NCBI RefSeq assembly: GCF_033153115.1
Contig: NW_026889805.1
Location: 17,608,001 to 17,672,000, forward strand
Reading direction: 5' to 3'
From: Saccostrea echinata
Lineage: Eukaryota
DNA: 64,000 nt
This document shows, piece by piece, positions 1 to 14,200 of this stretch. Position 1 is the stretch's first letter. Each line of letters begins with the position of its first letter. The notes under the pieces are model-generated. The model made no database searches and was not told the DNA's origin. It saw only the letters and a list, made by a program, of their open reading frames with translations. Made by a program: the position numbers and the translations under genes.

Positions 1-28
1 GGAAAAACAGAGACAGAATGGTTAAAAT

Positions 29-52
29 CTCTCTCTCTCTCTCTCTCTCTCT
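29..52. repeat. (CT)n microsatellite
   Basis: Run of ctctct... seen directly. Confidence 0.9.
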
Positions 53-638
53 ATGTAGAAAAGACGATTTTGAAAATTTCTAATCAAAATGTAAGGAAGG
101 AAAAAGAAATCATGTACCCAGATGAGTCCCAACCCATGTTTAAACATGGTTTTTGAATGATATAAGTCGATAACAAATCTCATATTTGTTAAGAAAGGCG
201 AGGCAGAGTAAAGGATATACTGTACGTTTAATCAAGACATTGATGATCTTCAAAAGGTAATGACTAACGCCTGGAATTCCGGTTTTCTTGTTTAAGGGTA
301 ATAAGGGTAAATGAGATTTGATTTAAAAAATTGTACATAAATTTGAAGCACAATTTTAGCATTCAAATGTCGGCTTGAGAAAATTTATTATTGCACTAAA
401 TTAAAAAGCACAAAATTTTTGTAAACAAAATTTTAGAAATAAATGTAAGGCTAAGTTCCCAGGAACTTGTACCCGAGAGAAGCTTTGTATAATACCCTTT
501 TGTATGCCATACATTATCTCTCACAATCTACACACAAAAACATCAAATAAAATTGGACGATAAGAACCAATATATCATTTATTAGTGCATTTTGTCACCC
601 TGAATGCCATGCTGCTATTCATGGAGTTAAAAGTTAAT

Positions 639-1691
639 TTAAAGGTATTGACTACCTTGGGATTTTCTCAAGCATTTATCGCCACAAAAAAAAGTCAGTA
701 TAAATTGAATTAAATAAAAGAACACTTTCAGGAATTGGATAATGATGTTTGCAAAAATCTTGTTAAGAGTTTTTGTGTCAAATGCGATTTATGACGTCGG
801 ATTACGATGTAATCGGATATTATAGTACATAAGTATCTTAAAATATACGGAGAAATTCTACATGTATATTCGACAGAGTACCGAATGAGAGTTCGTTATG
901 TGTATTTAAGCAACAAAAACATTCAAATGTCGAAGTTTTAAGAAAGTTGTCAACAAAATAAAATCCTTTCCGGCAAATTCAAGAAAGTTTCATGCTGCGC
1001 TGTTGCGTTTTGACACGGATCTTTCAGCCGGTTTTAAACTCTTCAGCGCCATAGCTTACTTTAAGCTGAAAATTATTTCAGTTGTTAGTTCAGAGAGTAA
1101 TAATAAATGTATCTTGATTTAATGGAACTTTTTATTATATTTATCCTCTACTTTTATTTTGGTCTCTGTACACTTTGTACTTATACTTCAAAGCAGAAAA
1201 TAAACTCCACATTCTGTGTTATAAAATTCTACATACAAAATAGGATCAAAAGGCTTATCTAAATACTGAATACTGGGTCTTGCCATAAAAAGAAATGAAG
1301 AATTGAACATCGTTCATTGATTAAGCCACTGGGTTCCTTTAATGTATGTCTTCTTTTTTTCTCTCATGTTAGCTACATGTATTATTCCATTCCACATGAT
1401 CAACCATCGTGTGTGTTAAACTGGTTCGCCATAGAATTACAACTGAAGTGTAAAATTCTATTGACTTGGGGAAATCCTTTCTTATCATTAAAGCGTATTG
1501 TGGAATATTATCTTCGTATCACTCAATATGAGAAAAAAATAATATAACTTAAACCATTTAATACAGAATCAATATCTCGTAACAATAATTACAAATGAAA
1601 TTAAAAGGATTTTGCTGGCTTCTTACTTATATCTTTGTTAATTTAATGTTAAATTATTGAGTGGTGTCAAAAAAGTGTCAAAAACCCTTAA
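639..1691. mobile_element. Possible degenerate non-autonomous DNA transposon with TTAA-flanked ends (Kolobok-like)
   Basis: ttaaaggtattgactac at ~639 and gtgtcaaaaacccttaa at ~1675-1691 form a weak terminal inverted repeat bounded by TTAA. No coding remnant recognised. Confidence 0.3.
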
Positions 1692-3215
1692 GAATGTACG
1701 ACATGCAAGAGGCATAGAGTGTAAAAACTTTACTTAAACATGCACACCAAGTATTGGTTTCAATATGTGTCAACCGATACAAACCCCCATTTACCAAATA
1801 CTTTTCGTGACTCGAAGCGGCTATATTTGTTCCCGAAGAACTTTAGGTCTTTCCCACTTATTTTTTTCCTGTCAAATTGATTTTTTTTAAAATAAGTAAT
1901 TTTTCATTGGCACAAACAGAACGTTATTGAAAGTGCATTCTCACTCAGCAGGTGGATATTTGTATTATCTCTTTCCTGGGTGCCTGCGCATTTCGATTCG
2001 ATCAGCCGCACGCATTTCACGCTAATTCGCATTCTCATAATGTGACACACGCAAAATCCTTCGAAAAAAGACAACCTCTGAAATCGAATATTGTAATTAA
2101 TAAGTCATTAGAAAGCTGGTGAGAGTTAATGGCGAGCACGTGTTGTTACAGCGTGTTTTACAAGGATTATCTATTTTGCGGAACTACAAGGCACCATGTG
2201 ATGAGTCGTAAAAACATCACGTGAAGTTGCGTCCGACGCAAGCGCCAAGACTTGTCCGCACTAACAAGGATGTGTTTTATCGCGCCCAGTGAATTATAAA
2301 CCAGCCCCTGAACAAATACTCCACTAATTAGGTTCATATAGAGAGATTGTGTAAAATACACAGAGTACATGAATTGCCGATTTGCCAAAACCTATTGGCG
2401 AACATGACTTGTATCAAGAAAATCTGTTACAAAGGCCTTTCATTATTTTGGTACAATAACTTGCCACCTGGTGATATAACAGAAAATTAGCAAACGAAAG
2501 GGAATAAAATATCTATTATAAAGATTTTACAGTTTTTTTCTGAATTGTTTGCAATCCAATTCTGCCTTTTCAGTCAATTCTTTAACATTTGTCATTGCCT
2601 TTAAACCTAAACAAATCATTAGAATATTTTTAAATCGTTATCAAAATGGACACAAATGATACATTTCCGACAGTACATAAATAAATATTTAAAATCAGTT
2701 TTTCAACTTCGATTTTCTGTTGTTAATGGAGCCGGTCCATGAAATTCAAGCTCGTGAACAGCCAATATGCCCTGAATACAACGACTGGTTGTAAACTTTG
2801 GTTCCACATTTTTCTTTCTATGGTCTGCAAGTCTGGTTTGTATTCCAGTATTTCAGCAAAGTACCATGAATGATTTACCAGCTGAGCAAAATTTGTTTTT
2901 TTAAGCCCTACGATTCATTTAATGTTTAATCGTTAAAGATCATGCAACCAAATTTTATTTGCACGTGTCACTGTTTTAGATTTTAACATTTTTTGTATTT
3001 TCAGGAATAGTCCTAATTATATCAAATGAAATTTGTATGAGAAATACAACAAAATTAAATTGTTCCTATGCAGTGTCCCTTGCTACCTTTTACTAATGTT
3101 TGTTGTTCAAAAATTAGTTTGTTAATTGTTTAATTTTGTACTATGCACTAAAGGTCAACTCATTTGTACTCTATTGGATAAATAAGTTTAATGGTTCAAA
3201 ATAATTTTTTTTCAG

Positions 3216-3428
3216 TTGAGTAGAAGTCCCCAAGAGCCGGAAGTTGTATCTGATGACGTAGTTATTTGGGACTGGGCTGCAAGCGAAGCTGGGGAAACCT
3301 TTTACCCAAATAATGACCTCTATTCCTCATTACAGAGGAAAAGGCAGATTCCGAACCTTTATAGCAAGAACCAAATAGAATGGGCATCTGACAGCGAGAA
3401 TACGCAGTGGACACCGAACTCTGACGTG
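3216..3428 (+). CDS. Internal coding exon of an unidentified gene, probably starting upstream of the window
   Basis: Strong acceptor (tttttttttcag|TTG) and donor (GTG|gtaaga). 213 nt, phase 0/0, open frame LSRSPQEPEVVSDDVVIWDW...WTPNSDV. GC content higher than the flanks. Confidence 0.6.
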
Positions 3429-5593
3429 GTAAGAAAACAGTTTAGCCACTCAGTCAGGGTTAATTACAGCTCTCCACCACTTTCTGTCAGTGTTATTCAA
3501 ACATTGATATTCAATATCAAAATATTTTCATAAGTCATTATCGGAATCAGTTAACACTGGAAAAGAACATTTAAAATGTAAACATGAAATTAAATTAATA
3601 GCTCTTTATTGACAATATGTTCAAAAGAACAAGAAGAGTAAATTCGAATTCTTAGTTATTGAGTGCTTATTGCTTAAATTGGTGCATGATATTCGGTTGT
3701 GAAATGGAACTAGAACAAATTAGACAACACTTTGAAGTAGCAGAACATGTAAAACATTTATAATCCCTAGTCTACATGGTAAAGGGTACCTTAATCCTAA
3801 CGAGATAGGCCGAAATATAAAAAAAATAATTCCTCATAAAAGCCAATAAAGAAAGAAATTGGATTCCTTTATCGAACCATTTTGTAGACCGTTTAGCACT
3901 TTTGTTTGGTGAAGTGCCATCCTTTCTGATTTTTAAATCATTTTCGCCTCTCCAAACAAATGTCCATTAATCGACCGAGGCATATCGAAATATAATCCCA
4001 TTTTGTCCAGCCCATAACCACTGAAAACAATTTTTATCTGCCGGTCGATTTAGGTTCATATTTACTTGGTAAATGTAGTTTGACAGGTCAAAAGTGTGAA
4101 GGAGATACCAGGTTACTAGCAAAGACAGGTGAAATCATAAAGGTTTCAACATCTGTCACATTTACATAACTGAAAATAAACAAATGTAATTTGTCATACA
4201 CGATTTCTGATTTGGCAGATTTGCATGAATATATCCCCATTTTAGTTTTATTATAACATGCACTTAGTAAAATTTTTATTCCATATGCAATTTATAAACC
4301 TTAAACATTTCTAAACTATATGTACTCGCATTAACAAGATAAAATGTCCAAATGTTCATTAAAATTGAATATTCACAAAGTGTGCTTCTAAATCAAAATA
4401 CCTACATGGTTTTATTGGTTTTCTAATCTTTAAAAATGCTGAATGTGGATATTTTGCTAAGATTTTGGAAACCGATTAATTTGTCAGTGTGGAAGTACTA
4501 ATATTCAAAGCATGCTTCCATTTTTCTTCAAAAATAACAGATATTCAAATTCCCAGCGTCCGACAGCCTTTGATTTTTATTTTGATTGTGTTTTCTACAT
4601 GATTTTCTTTTTTGAATTTTGTAGATGATATGACGGCTGCTTGGACATTGGATTTTTCTGATTTTTTTTTATTTTTGGAAAAAAAGTGTTTATTTAAAGT
4701 GTAGCATCAAAAAAACTTTTTAAAAAATATTTATACATTGTATGGATCAGCATTAGTTATCTGTATGTAACAAAGCAGTTCCCATTCCGCAGAAGTGTGG
4801 ATTGCTTCAAAACTGAAAAATTGGGAAAATGTTTACAAAAAAATAAACATCGATATGACAACAAATCACCTAGAAATACTGAGACGTGGAAGCGTATAGG
4901 AAAAATTACCATCCAAACCAGGATAATATGTATTAAACATCGATCCTTGCCGACAGCCAGCAACATATAATCAAGGTAAGAATTATACTTGACTTGAAAA
5001 AAAAAAATAATGAAGGTGTCCAATCTGCATCTGTATTGAATTTTTGTTATTAACACGTCTGAATGCTGAGACTATAAATTAGAAATCCCGGACATTTTTT
5101 TCTACCTGCACAAAGATGTAATATTTAGAATAACTGACATGGTTTTGTGGAATCATCTCAATCTCAAAGCTCTCCTGTCTTCAGATGAAATCAATATCTG
5201 TTTATAAAACACAATTGAAAAAACCCCGAGGGGAGGAGTCAAAATGGAAGACAAAAGACTTCTTTTTCAATAGACTTTTTTTCTTAAAAAGTCGACTATT
5301 GATATTTTCTTGAGAGCTATTTAATAACTGTGTTGTGATAAAGAGATGTTAGTTGAAGTTAAAAGGGTTAGAGGTAATCCAGACAATCGCTCAGAAGACT
5401 AGACGTGCATGTCTTGTGATTGATGATGTCTACCGGCATTATTTCCCGCAATTCAATACGGCCGTCGAAGATTCTTAATGTTTCTTTTGTACATAATTGC
5501 ATCACTGAATCTGAATTCGATGAAACACACATCAATACGAATGAAATTATGCATGAGTGTACTAATATGTGTGATCTTTTGTGCTCTTTTCAG

Positions 5594-5857
5594 GTGTGCA
5601 CCCGTTATCTACCTCACGACCGACGTTCTTTGTTGGTCAACGACGGTCATGTGGTCGGATGCGGAATCGGAATGCACGTGACTGGGTATCGAACCGGAAA
5701 CGAAGGAGGGTCATCAATGAATTTGACCAATCATCTAAAGATGTACATGAACATGCGTTATTTTGCCAGTGTCTTTCATTTCAGGAAAAAGGAGATAATA
5801 CATATTTTATTTATTCAGTATTATGTATATGTACATAGAAATGTCAATGAACACTAA
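5594..5857 (+). CDS. Probable terminal exon of the same unidentified gene (frame uncertain)
   Basis: Acceptor ctcttttcag|GTG followed by a GC-rich stretch. Phase-0 reading VCTRYLPHDRRSLLVNDG... is open to 5857; another frame is open to 5838. Confidence 0.35.
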   Translation: MCTRYLPHDRRSLLVNDGHVVGCGIGMHVTGYRTGNEGGSSMNLTNHLKMYMNMRYFASVFHFRKKEIIHILFIQYYVYVHRNVNEH

Positions 5858-6194
5858 TAAAATTATATAAAACAATGTTTGATTTGATTGAAAATGGACT
5901 TATACGTGGACATGCATGAGAATATGAATCCAAGCTGTGCATTGGTAACAAAGAGGATGGAATTCATATTTTTAGTTTCAATGGCTACAATATATACGGA
6001 ACTGACTACATGTTTTGAATTTTTCTTTTACCATTTGTATCCCAGTTCACTCTTATTACAGATGACATAACATCAACACTACATAGTGATTTTAACAAAG
6101 CCCCGTTTTATTAACACATTCTGACGGTATCCTCATTTTAAAACACTTCTGATGAAGTCCAGAAAGCAAGTGGTTGGTCTGTAGAGCTGTATTA

Positions 6195-7270
6195 CGAGGG
6201 TTGTTCGAAAAGTTCGTGGACAATGTCAATCCTCGTTATACTACTTTCAAGAAATTTAATATAAGCATATTATCATATGTAAAAATATTTATTTTGTTGA
6301 TGTGTGAAGTTTCATTCCATTCGATTTAATAGAAATCAATTTACTTTATTTTAAAGTCAGCATGTTTGGTAACCCCAGAGCAAACTAGATAATATTATAA
6401 CGTCAAAAATATAGCATCATGAGGTTCTCAAAATATTCCCCCTATACATTTCACACAGTCTGGTCCAATATCTACTCATTTAAAACGTTTCTCTATCATT
6501 TGAAATTCATTTTGTTAACAATTTTTCCAGTAGCATAATTTTGATTGTCAATGTTTTCTTTTTTTACCGCTTAACTATGCTTTCACAAGACCAGCAACCG
6601 TGAAATACCTTTTTCTTTCCAAGACGTTACTAGTTGAACGTTTTTGGGTTGATTCTTTACAGATAATCCGTTTTCTTACAGATCGTCCTCGTCTGATAGA
6701 GAGTCTCTTTTATTCAAATACCGCCTGGGCCATTTACACACACATATGCATGACCCGCTTTTGAGATATTTCATGTTTCTTACAACATTTTCAGATTTTA
6801 TTCTGACGTTTTCCAGAGTACAACAGAAAATTGTATCGTAAAGTGCTGCTCCGTGACGTTCTACGACGAAACCTTTTTCGCCTTCTTCAAGGAGAACTAC
6901 TTATCTTCAGAAATTGATTTCTTTTCCATGAAGTAAACTATTAAGTCATAATTTGGAATATGAAACCACGTAACAATTCTTAATTTGATGGTCTAGATTT
7001 ATTTTCATTTTCAGCCATTTTACAGAGGATATGACTACAGAAATTAATTAGTGTAATGTTTGTAAATTACTAAATTTTGACTTGCTCCGCGAGCCAATTT
7101 TTGCAGTTTTTAACTCTTAATAAGTTTAAAATAAAATCAAAATATTTTAAAATTTTTCAATACAAATCATTTGAATTTATTGTTAAAATATTTCTACCAA
7201 ATTTGGATATAATATGACGTTAAATAAAAAAGATATGACAGAAGTCCACAAACTTTCCGAACAACCCTCG
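6195..7270 (-). mobile_element. Tc1/mariner-family element, internally deleted and degenerate
   Basis: TA-flanked TIRs: cgagggttgttcgaaaagttcgtggac ... gtccacaaactttccgaacaaccctcg. A decayed mariner-like N-terminal transposase remnant may be present on the - strand at ~6680-6840. Confidence 0.8.
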
Positions 7271-8099
7271 TATTATAATTTAAAATTATTTTTTCAACAC
7301 ATTTTACACAAAATATCCATTTTTCTTCTATAATAGAATTGTGTAAATATAGACTTACAGGAGAGAGAGTTACAGAAATAGTTGGTTCCACCTGTTCCAT
7401 TGAGTGTCAAATTTCTCTTTTTTTTCTCTGTCCCAACCCAGGTTATACCAGTATAACTAGGGTAGCTAATGAATTCATTCCTTAATTAACTGAAAATGAG
7501 AATTAAAAAAAGTTTCATCTGTTTAAAAATCTAAGGTTAACGACAACGTAATACAGTGAAATTAATATAACTTAAAACTTAGTATTTGACATGTTCATCT
7601 TGTTATTGTATACATGTCAATGTAGAAAATATCTTAAGAGTAGAAGTGGTTAATTTATAAGAATACATGTGTGATCAGTGTTAATGACGATAATTCTTAC
7701 GACTACATTTTTATTGGAGTGAAATTTAGATGTACCTCAGAAGATTATAAATTCAGTGACATAAATAATACATGTATAACAGCTGTTACTTATGTCTCTT
7801 TGTCTCTGATAAAATGAACGTCAAAAGAAAGAAAACTGATTTGACAAAGTGAAAAAGTAAACGAGACTATCCATATTCCATATTTTGCTCTTAGACTTGC
7901 AAAAGAGGATTAGAGGAATTGCATGGAACATTAATCTATGAATTTTTCAAAGTTTAAGAAAATCATGAACAGAATAAATTGATAAATAATTTATTAAAAT
8001 TTTAAAAATCAAATGGCTATTTTTGTAATTTTTATGTAATAAAATGTGAAGATAACGAGCAGTGATCATGCTCAAAAGTCCATTTAAGAGATAAAATTT

Positions 8100-8245
8100 T
8101 GAGCAGAGCCAACACGGACCTCTGAAAACTGAGGTGGGATCAGTTGCCATGGAGGAGTAAGCATTCCCTGTCGACCGGTCGCACTTCCGTGTGCCCCTTT
8201 TCATGATCGGGTAAACGGAAAAAAATCCGTGGGAAATTCAATGTA
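8100..8245 (-). mobile_element. 3' end fragment of a non-LTR/Penelope-like (Naiad-type) retroelement
   Basis: gaggtgggatcag..g..tggaggagtaagcat.ccctgt.gaccggtc block shared with 46850-46940 and 55155-55240; the latter adjoins an RT C-terminal remnant. Confidence 0.65.
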
Positions 8246-8326
8246 AAAATAACATGCAGGTGATAATGGTATATTGCTAATTATTACATTTTCAACAGTG
8301 AAATACTGTGATTTATTTATTGAATG

Positions 8327-8398
8327 AAAGTGATATTCTGTCACAGTGTGAAAGGATACCAAAGTGATATTCTGTCACAGTGTGAATGGATATCAAAG
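8327..8398. repeat. Short tandem direct duplication (~33-bp unit x2)
   Basis: aaagtgatattctgtcacagtgtgaa occurs twice in tandem. Confidence 0.8.
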
Positions 8399-11300
8399 TT
8401 AGTAAAAAAATCATTTCTGGCCTGTCATAAGATAAAGATAGTAACTAGATCATCTTGATAGAGACTAAAACTGCCAATTTCTTCCCAAATACGTTGCTAT
8501 GTTACAATATTTTCAATCTCACAATTGCTAAGCTATTATGTCTCAACCACTCAACTATGATGTCACAGCCTATGACACTGTGTTAAGAAAAGACAGAGGC
8601 AAAGGGAAATCAATGAACAGAATAAAGTTGATAAAGTTGCACTCGTGAAAATATTAAAAAAAAAAATCCTGTCCCACTCGTGAAATAAAATCCATATCCA
8701 ACTACAAAACATTGAATATCCTCTATAGAAATAATAAGGGAAATTGACGATAGAAATCTTGAAGTTATCACGTTTATCATAAAGTAAATTATATCAGTTC
8801 GCCATCCATGCCTTTCTCTAATAAATATCCAAACGTAATATGTATATATAATAATGTGTATAATACATGTATAATGTAAAATATGTATAATACGGAAATA
8901 TGTAAAAGATGTGTCAACCTTTGTGGTATTTTTTGTTTCGAGATTAAAGGGATATATCAAATCAACGTAGGAATGAAAATAAATATTTTTATTGATAAAA
9001 CGTCGTTGATATAATGTTGAATTGAAGGCTACAACAATAGACTTCTTTTCATGTAGAAGTTTTTTAATAAATTTTGCTTTATTAGAATTCCAAAGGATTG
9101 TTGGAATACATGGCCTCCAAAAAAAACCACAAATATATTGTAATTGAGAAACTCTAGTATTAATTATTGATAAAATTAATATTATTCATTGTTCAATATT
9201 TTAAAATCACATATTTAACATATATACATAAAGAAAATGAATTGAATTAAAAATATGAAAAGCTCAAGTTTCATTACAATATACACGAAAGTTGTTTCAT
9301 GGCTTTTAAAGTCAAGATATTCGCAACCAATTTTTCATTAACGCAATTTAAAATCATAAAATGTAACCCTTGGATATTTTTATCGGACACATTAAGCCGC
9401 AAATTCATGTTCATCGCAGGAAAATAGATAAAACTCGTTTTTGACGCTGTGTATTTCTTTCCAATTTCCCTTCCCGATGGGGAATTGCACGTGTCATCTG
9501 CTGGGTATCCATGCCAACAGGTAGACTAGGCGTAATTTTGGCGGGAAATACCGAAGTGGGTTTTTTTTTATTCCTTTTTTTCTTACTCAGTTTTAGACAG
9601 CTGTCATTGATAATGTATTTACTGATCATATGGTAGCTTTTAATGTATTTTCTCGCTGAATTCAAATCAAAGGCAACCCTATTCAATATCCCGGTGCCAC
9701 CGTCACCCCAATGGGAATTCATTAGGAACCTCATTGCCGTGATCAAAACATCTATTTTTCGAATTGATGTTTATAATGATAGTAAATAATATCCCACTGC
9801 TGTGTAATTAAATTAATATTGGATACCGTAACAAGCTTGTCCTCTGGGTTAATATGATTTATAACGTAGCGGAATTAATTACAATAACTGCATCAAAAAC
9901 AGCCAGCAGTGCCGTACGTACAAGATTATCTCTTACATCTAGAATATTAGCTTAAAATATAGATAAAGTTCATAAAATGCACATTGATGAGGAAAGGAAC
10001 ATGACTTCTGTATATTATTTTTTTAGTTTAATCAGTAAATTGCATAAAAATAAAGTGGCTGGAGTTCACAGGGGCCTTTGATTTGCTCCCATTGGCCTAT
10101 TTAACGTGACTGATATTTTCTGTGACATATACACTGGAGTGATGCTTTATATTAGATAGCTTTTTTCCGATGTTAATCCACAAAAAGTTCATCTAAATAA
10201 AAAAAATCAATCATTCTTCACTCGATTTACGTAATGAAGTGAAAAGTTATTCTTGTATTCCGGCTTTAAAATGGTAACTGAAGTAGGAGAGGTTACTTTG
10301 CATGGTAAAAAATGGCCGTGGTACATCAACTTATTTCCTACATTAAAACACAGAAGTAAGAATCTATACACATGCGGAATGTGAAAAAGACAACAGTACG
10401 TTACTGAAATCTTATAGAAATAAAGTCATAGTCTTATCACTTTATTCTAAAAATTACATCACATGGCGAGAATCTTCCATGATTGAAAGTAGAGATGCAC
10501 TTCTCCAAGCATACAGTTGAAAGTATGTAAGATTCCATATCATTTGTTCTGTGTCATTTAAAACGATAGAATCTAATGCGTTTTTAATGGAACTAAGTCC
10601 TGTCTCAGGGCAAAGGCAGATGGTATTTCTTCAATATAATCCACCAGAAGACAAAGGAAGAACCGGATGACAAACTGTCTGTTTTATCAGGAGTCGTAAT
10701 ATTCTTTTGTGTTTTCCCCAGATCTTCTGAAATTGAAACCCCAAAGCAGTTACCATTAATAAAAAGTGAGCATACATAAAGTGACGTTTGTATTCTTTAA
10801 ATTCATTGCAAATGCACCGAATGATCGTGAATAAATACATTAGGCTAATATTGTTTTTTCATCTACATCTACATGTATGTAACACTTCTGCATAATTCAT
10901 GTAAACTTAACAAGTTTCCATACTTGTCATCGACAATGCCGTTACTCGGTATTATACAATATAAGGCAAATAATAAATGCATTAAAATCTGATTTCTCTA
11001 ATTTCAGATTTTCAAAGTGGCTCTTTCATACATTGATTATGGACAGCCTTTTTATTTACTAAAGAAGGAGTTTGAGGGGCACGTGGTTCATATCTTGGAA
11101 TAACATCACGTCAATCTCACAAAACGAATTTATTTCATTTTACGATCCCGACACAGAGTCCTTCGAGGAATATTAGATTGGCGTCTGTTTATTCCAGATA
11201 GAGGGGAAAATTGCAGATTTGCTCTTCGAGATAAGAGTGAATTTGCATGCATTAAAACAGCCATGTGACACGCAACTGAAAGAGACTGTGAAATTAATTT

Positions 11301-12339
11301 GATACTGGCCATTTCTATTTCCATATTCAGTCGCCATTATCCGTGGATAATGTCCGTAAAATGGCAAAAGGGATGCGTTATTTTGCCCATGAATGTGAAA
11401 ATTGAATCGCAGATTGAGGCGTTAAGCCATAAAGATATAATAGGGCCATGATAACCAAATTTATACCAGAAATGACCAGTACGTTGAAAAGGAACACTCA
11501 ACATTCGCGTTTCGTAAAATGTCAACGAATCCGTTATGTATAGAAGTAAAAATACATTTTATTATCCAGGGAATTAAACAAAAATATCTATTGAAGTGTA
11601 ATAGAATTAGAACTTTTAGAATTGCACAAATTTTATTTTGAATTGTATATAAAAAGATAATAAAACAAGGGCACTTGATTTTATAGGATATTACAAATGA
11701 TATATTTTATATACATGTACAACTGTACATGATATATTTATGATCAAGGTGCATGTGCGTGGGATATATGAATTTCGTAGTACACTCGAGGTTTACCATT
11801 TCTAAACAAGAATAGAACATGCAATGTAAACATGTACGTGTCATTCTAACTTATAATCTTCACGTATAATTACAATAATTACACGTACATGTAAGCGTAC
11901 GTACACATAGGTGTGCTAAACCTCTTTAATATGGACAAATTTATATGCATTTTATTTTGATTGCACTTTAAGGCGATTATATGAAAAAAAAAACTGAATT
12001 TTGAAATTATACACTGTAATGTACTTCATTTGTAAAAAATCGCTTGCGAATAAAGTTTGGTTACCCAGTCAGCTACATCCTAGACCCATTAATTCTCTTG
12101 TAACATGCCATTTTGCATATTTTGTAAGGTTCGAGTCGTTTTATTCTAATTGGTTGGGGGCGGGGGGGGGGGGGTTAATGACAAATATCCCAACTCATCC
12201 AATTAATTTTGATTTCCCAGCTCATACCAAAGCATGATTTCAGTTTGAGTTATACACTTCTAATTAAAAAAAAAAAGTCCATGCACAACTTATCTAATAC
12301 ACACATAAAGAATGACAGCGAAAAGAACTATTGCTTGTG

Positions 12340-13315
12340 TTTTTTAAGCTCGCCTTACCCCCCCCCCCCAAAAAAAAAAAATCTGATCGTCTGACTTCTG
12401 ATGAAATGTTAACTTTTTACATTAATTCTGACCTTTATAGAACCACTGAGCCTATCCCAAACAAATTCAAAGTGTCCTTTGATGACAAAAAACCTTATCT
12501 GTACGAATAAGAACAGATGTCCATTCAAGGGGGATCATTAAGAAATAGTAAAAATAGTGTCTTCCCACAAATTTTTATTAAAATAGAAAATCTGGTGTTA
12601 TGACTAGACAATAGGATAGGGTCATCTAAAAAAAGACAAAACCTCCCTTTTCGAATACAATCGAATACAAATTTGTACAAATAATGGTACCAGGGTTAAA
12701 GAATAATAATGGGGGGGGGTGTCTTGTAAATATGTTTCTTCAGATGGTATATGTATATAAGATATGAAATAAAAAAAATCTTAGGTAACAGGGTGAGGCC
12801 ACAATAATGATTAGTCAATTAGACTTGTATGGGACTGCAAAAAGAAGTCAAAGATCTAAATAGGAACAGATCAGGAAAAACGTAAAATATACCCTCAAGA
12901 ACAACAGAACTACATATAATAGTCAAAATGATATGAAAGCATTCCATTGGTTTTGGTTCAAGTTTGTTAAATTCCTAACTCCCAGGGCTAGGATGGAGCC
13001 ATAAAGGGAGATAAAGTTTGCGTATAGGAAAATACAGGAGCGTTTTTAATTTGTTTTCTCGAATTTGTTTTCTCTCAAGAAGAACAGGGTCAAAATTGTC
13101 AAATACTAAGTCACGTACACGTACAACATACATTAATGTCTGTGTAGGTGTTGATTCTACTCACATCGAAACCATCAGATCTACGGCGGGCCCACAAAGA
13201 GTGAGGAAATATTTTTTCATGGGAATAATATAAATTTATTCTTTAAAATAGCAGATCCTTAATAAGTTGAATCAAAATGAAGGTCTAAGGTAGGGCCACA
13301 GCAGGGATAAAAACC
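12340..13315. mobile_element. Degenerate Helentron/HINE-like element with diverged internal satellite units
   Basis: Starts tttttaagctc; recurrent diverged blocks (aa.tttgt.caaat..tgg/cccagggc, agggccacaa.agggata) resembling the reverse strand of the satellite at 38-38.7 kb. Boundaries approximate. Confidence 0.35.
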
Positions 13316-14114
13316 ATACACATTGTAGCTGACCGCGGCCAGTTCTTGGATATCTTTGAGTGACATTGAGTGCATCGAGTGTGACGTTGAGTGTGACCAA
13401 AATTGTTCAAAAGTTCGATTCAAACTATATTTTGATAAAGTCTTAAGAGGACATATAATCAGTAATTTTTTGCGAATAATTTTACATGAGGCTCATTCGA
13501 AAAGGGCAAACGTGTGATTATTTCCATTGAAATTTCTATAAATTTTGTAATGCTGTAAACTAAGCTCATACATGCTTTCTTTTTATAAAGTGATTGCATG
13601 TACTTGGTCAGTACATGTATATTGAATTCCTTATTCATTTGGTTCATTCGAAGACTAAAAGATTTCGGAACTGATGAAAAGGAACAAGAATTCAGTTATA
13701 ATATACTCTTCCAAACTTCTGAAGGGGATGTAAACAGGCAGTAAAACATCTAGAGTGTTCCAAGGAACGCAGTGTAGCCTGCTTTATAGCTTCGTAAAAG
13801 ATGTAAATAAATCTAATGGTCAGCTGTTTATTTGCTACTAGCGTTATAGTTCATTTATCTGCAAAGAAAAAAAAACATCCATGTATAGTAAGACTACAAT
13901 AGAATCTGACAATGAAAGATACTTCCCTAATCCTCAAATGGATAATGAAATTGAAATTATAAGAAATGATCATTCATCATTTTAGTATTAATACAGTTTC
14001 CACCAATCGTCCAAAAAGATTTTACAACAGTCGTCAGTCTACGCGATGCATTGTGGAATACCGATTACGACGGGGTTTTTTTTTTCATGTGAAATCTCTT
14101 ACATTCCTTGAGAT

Positions 14115-14200
14115 ATAACGTTTGACAGACAGACAGATAGACAGACGCTGGATAAAGTGATCTCTACGTGTCGCGCTGCTACACTAAAAGACACTAAAAT
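14115..14200 (+). mobile_element. HINE/Helentron-like 3' end fragment
   Basis: (gaca)n microsatellite, then aaagtgatctct and a short gtgtc...gacac stem, then A-run; same layout as 39105-39196. Confidence 0.5.

Noticed and set aside
13326-14041. Academ-like element with TAG...CTA ends
   Set aside because: The inverted match is too short and no TSD is evident.
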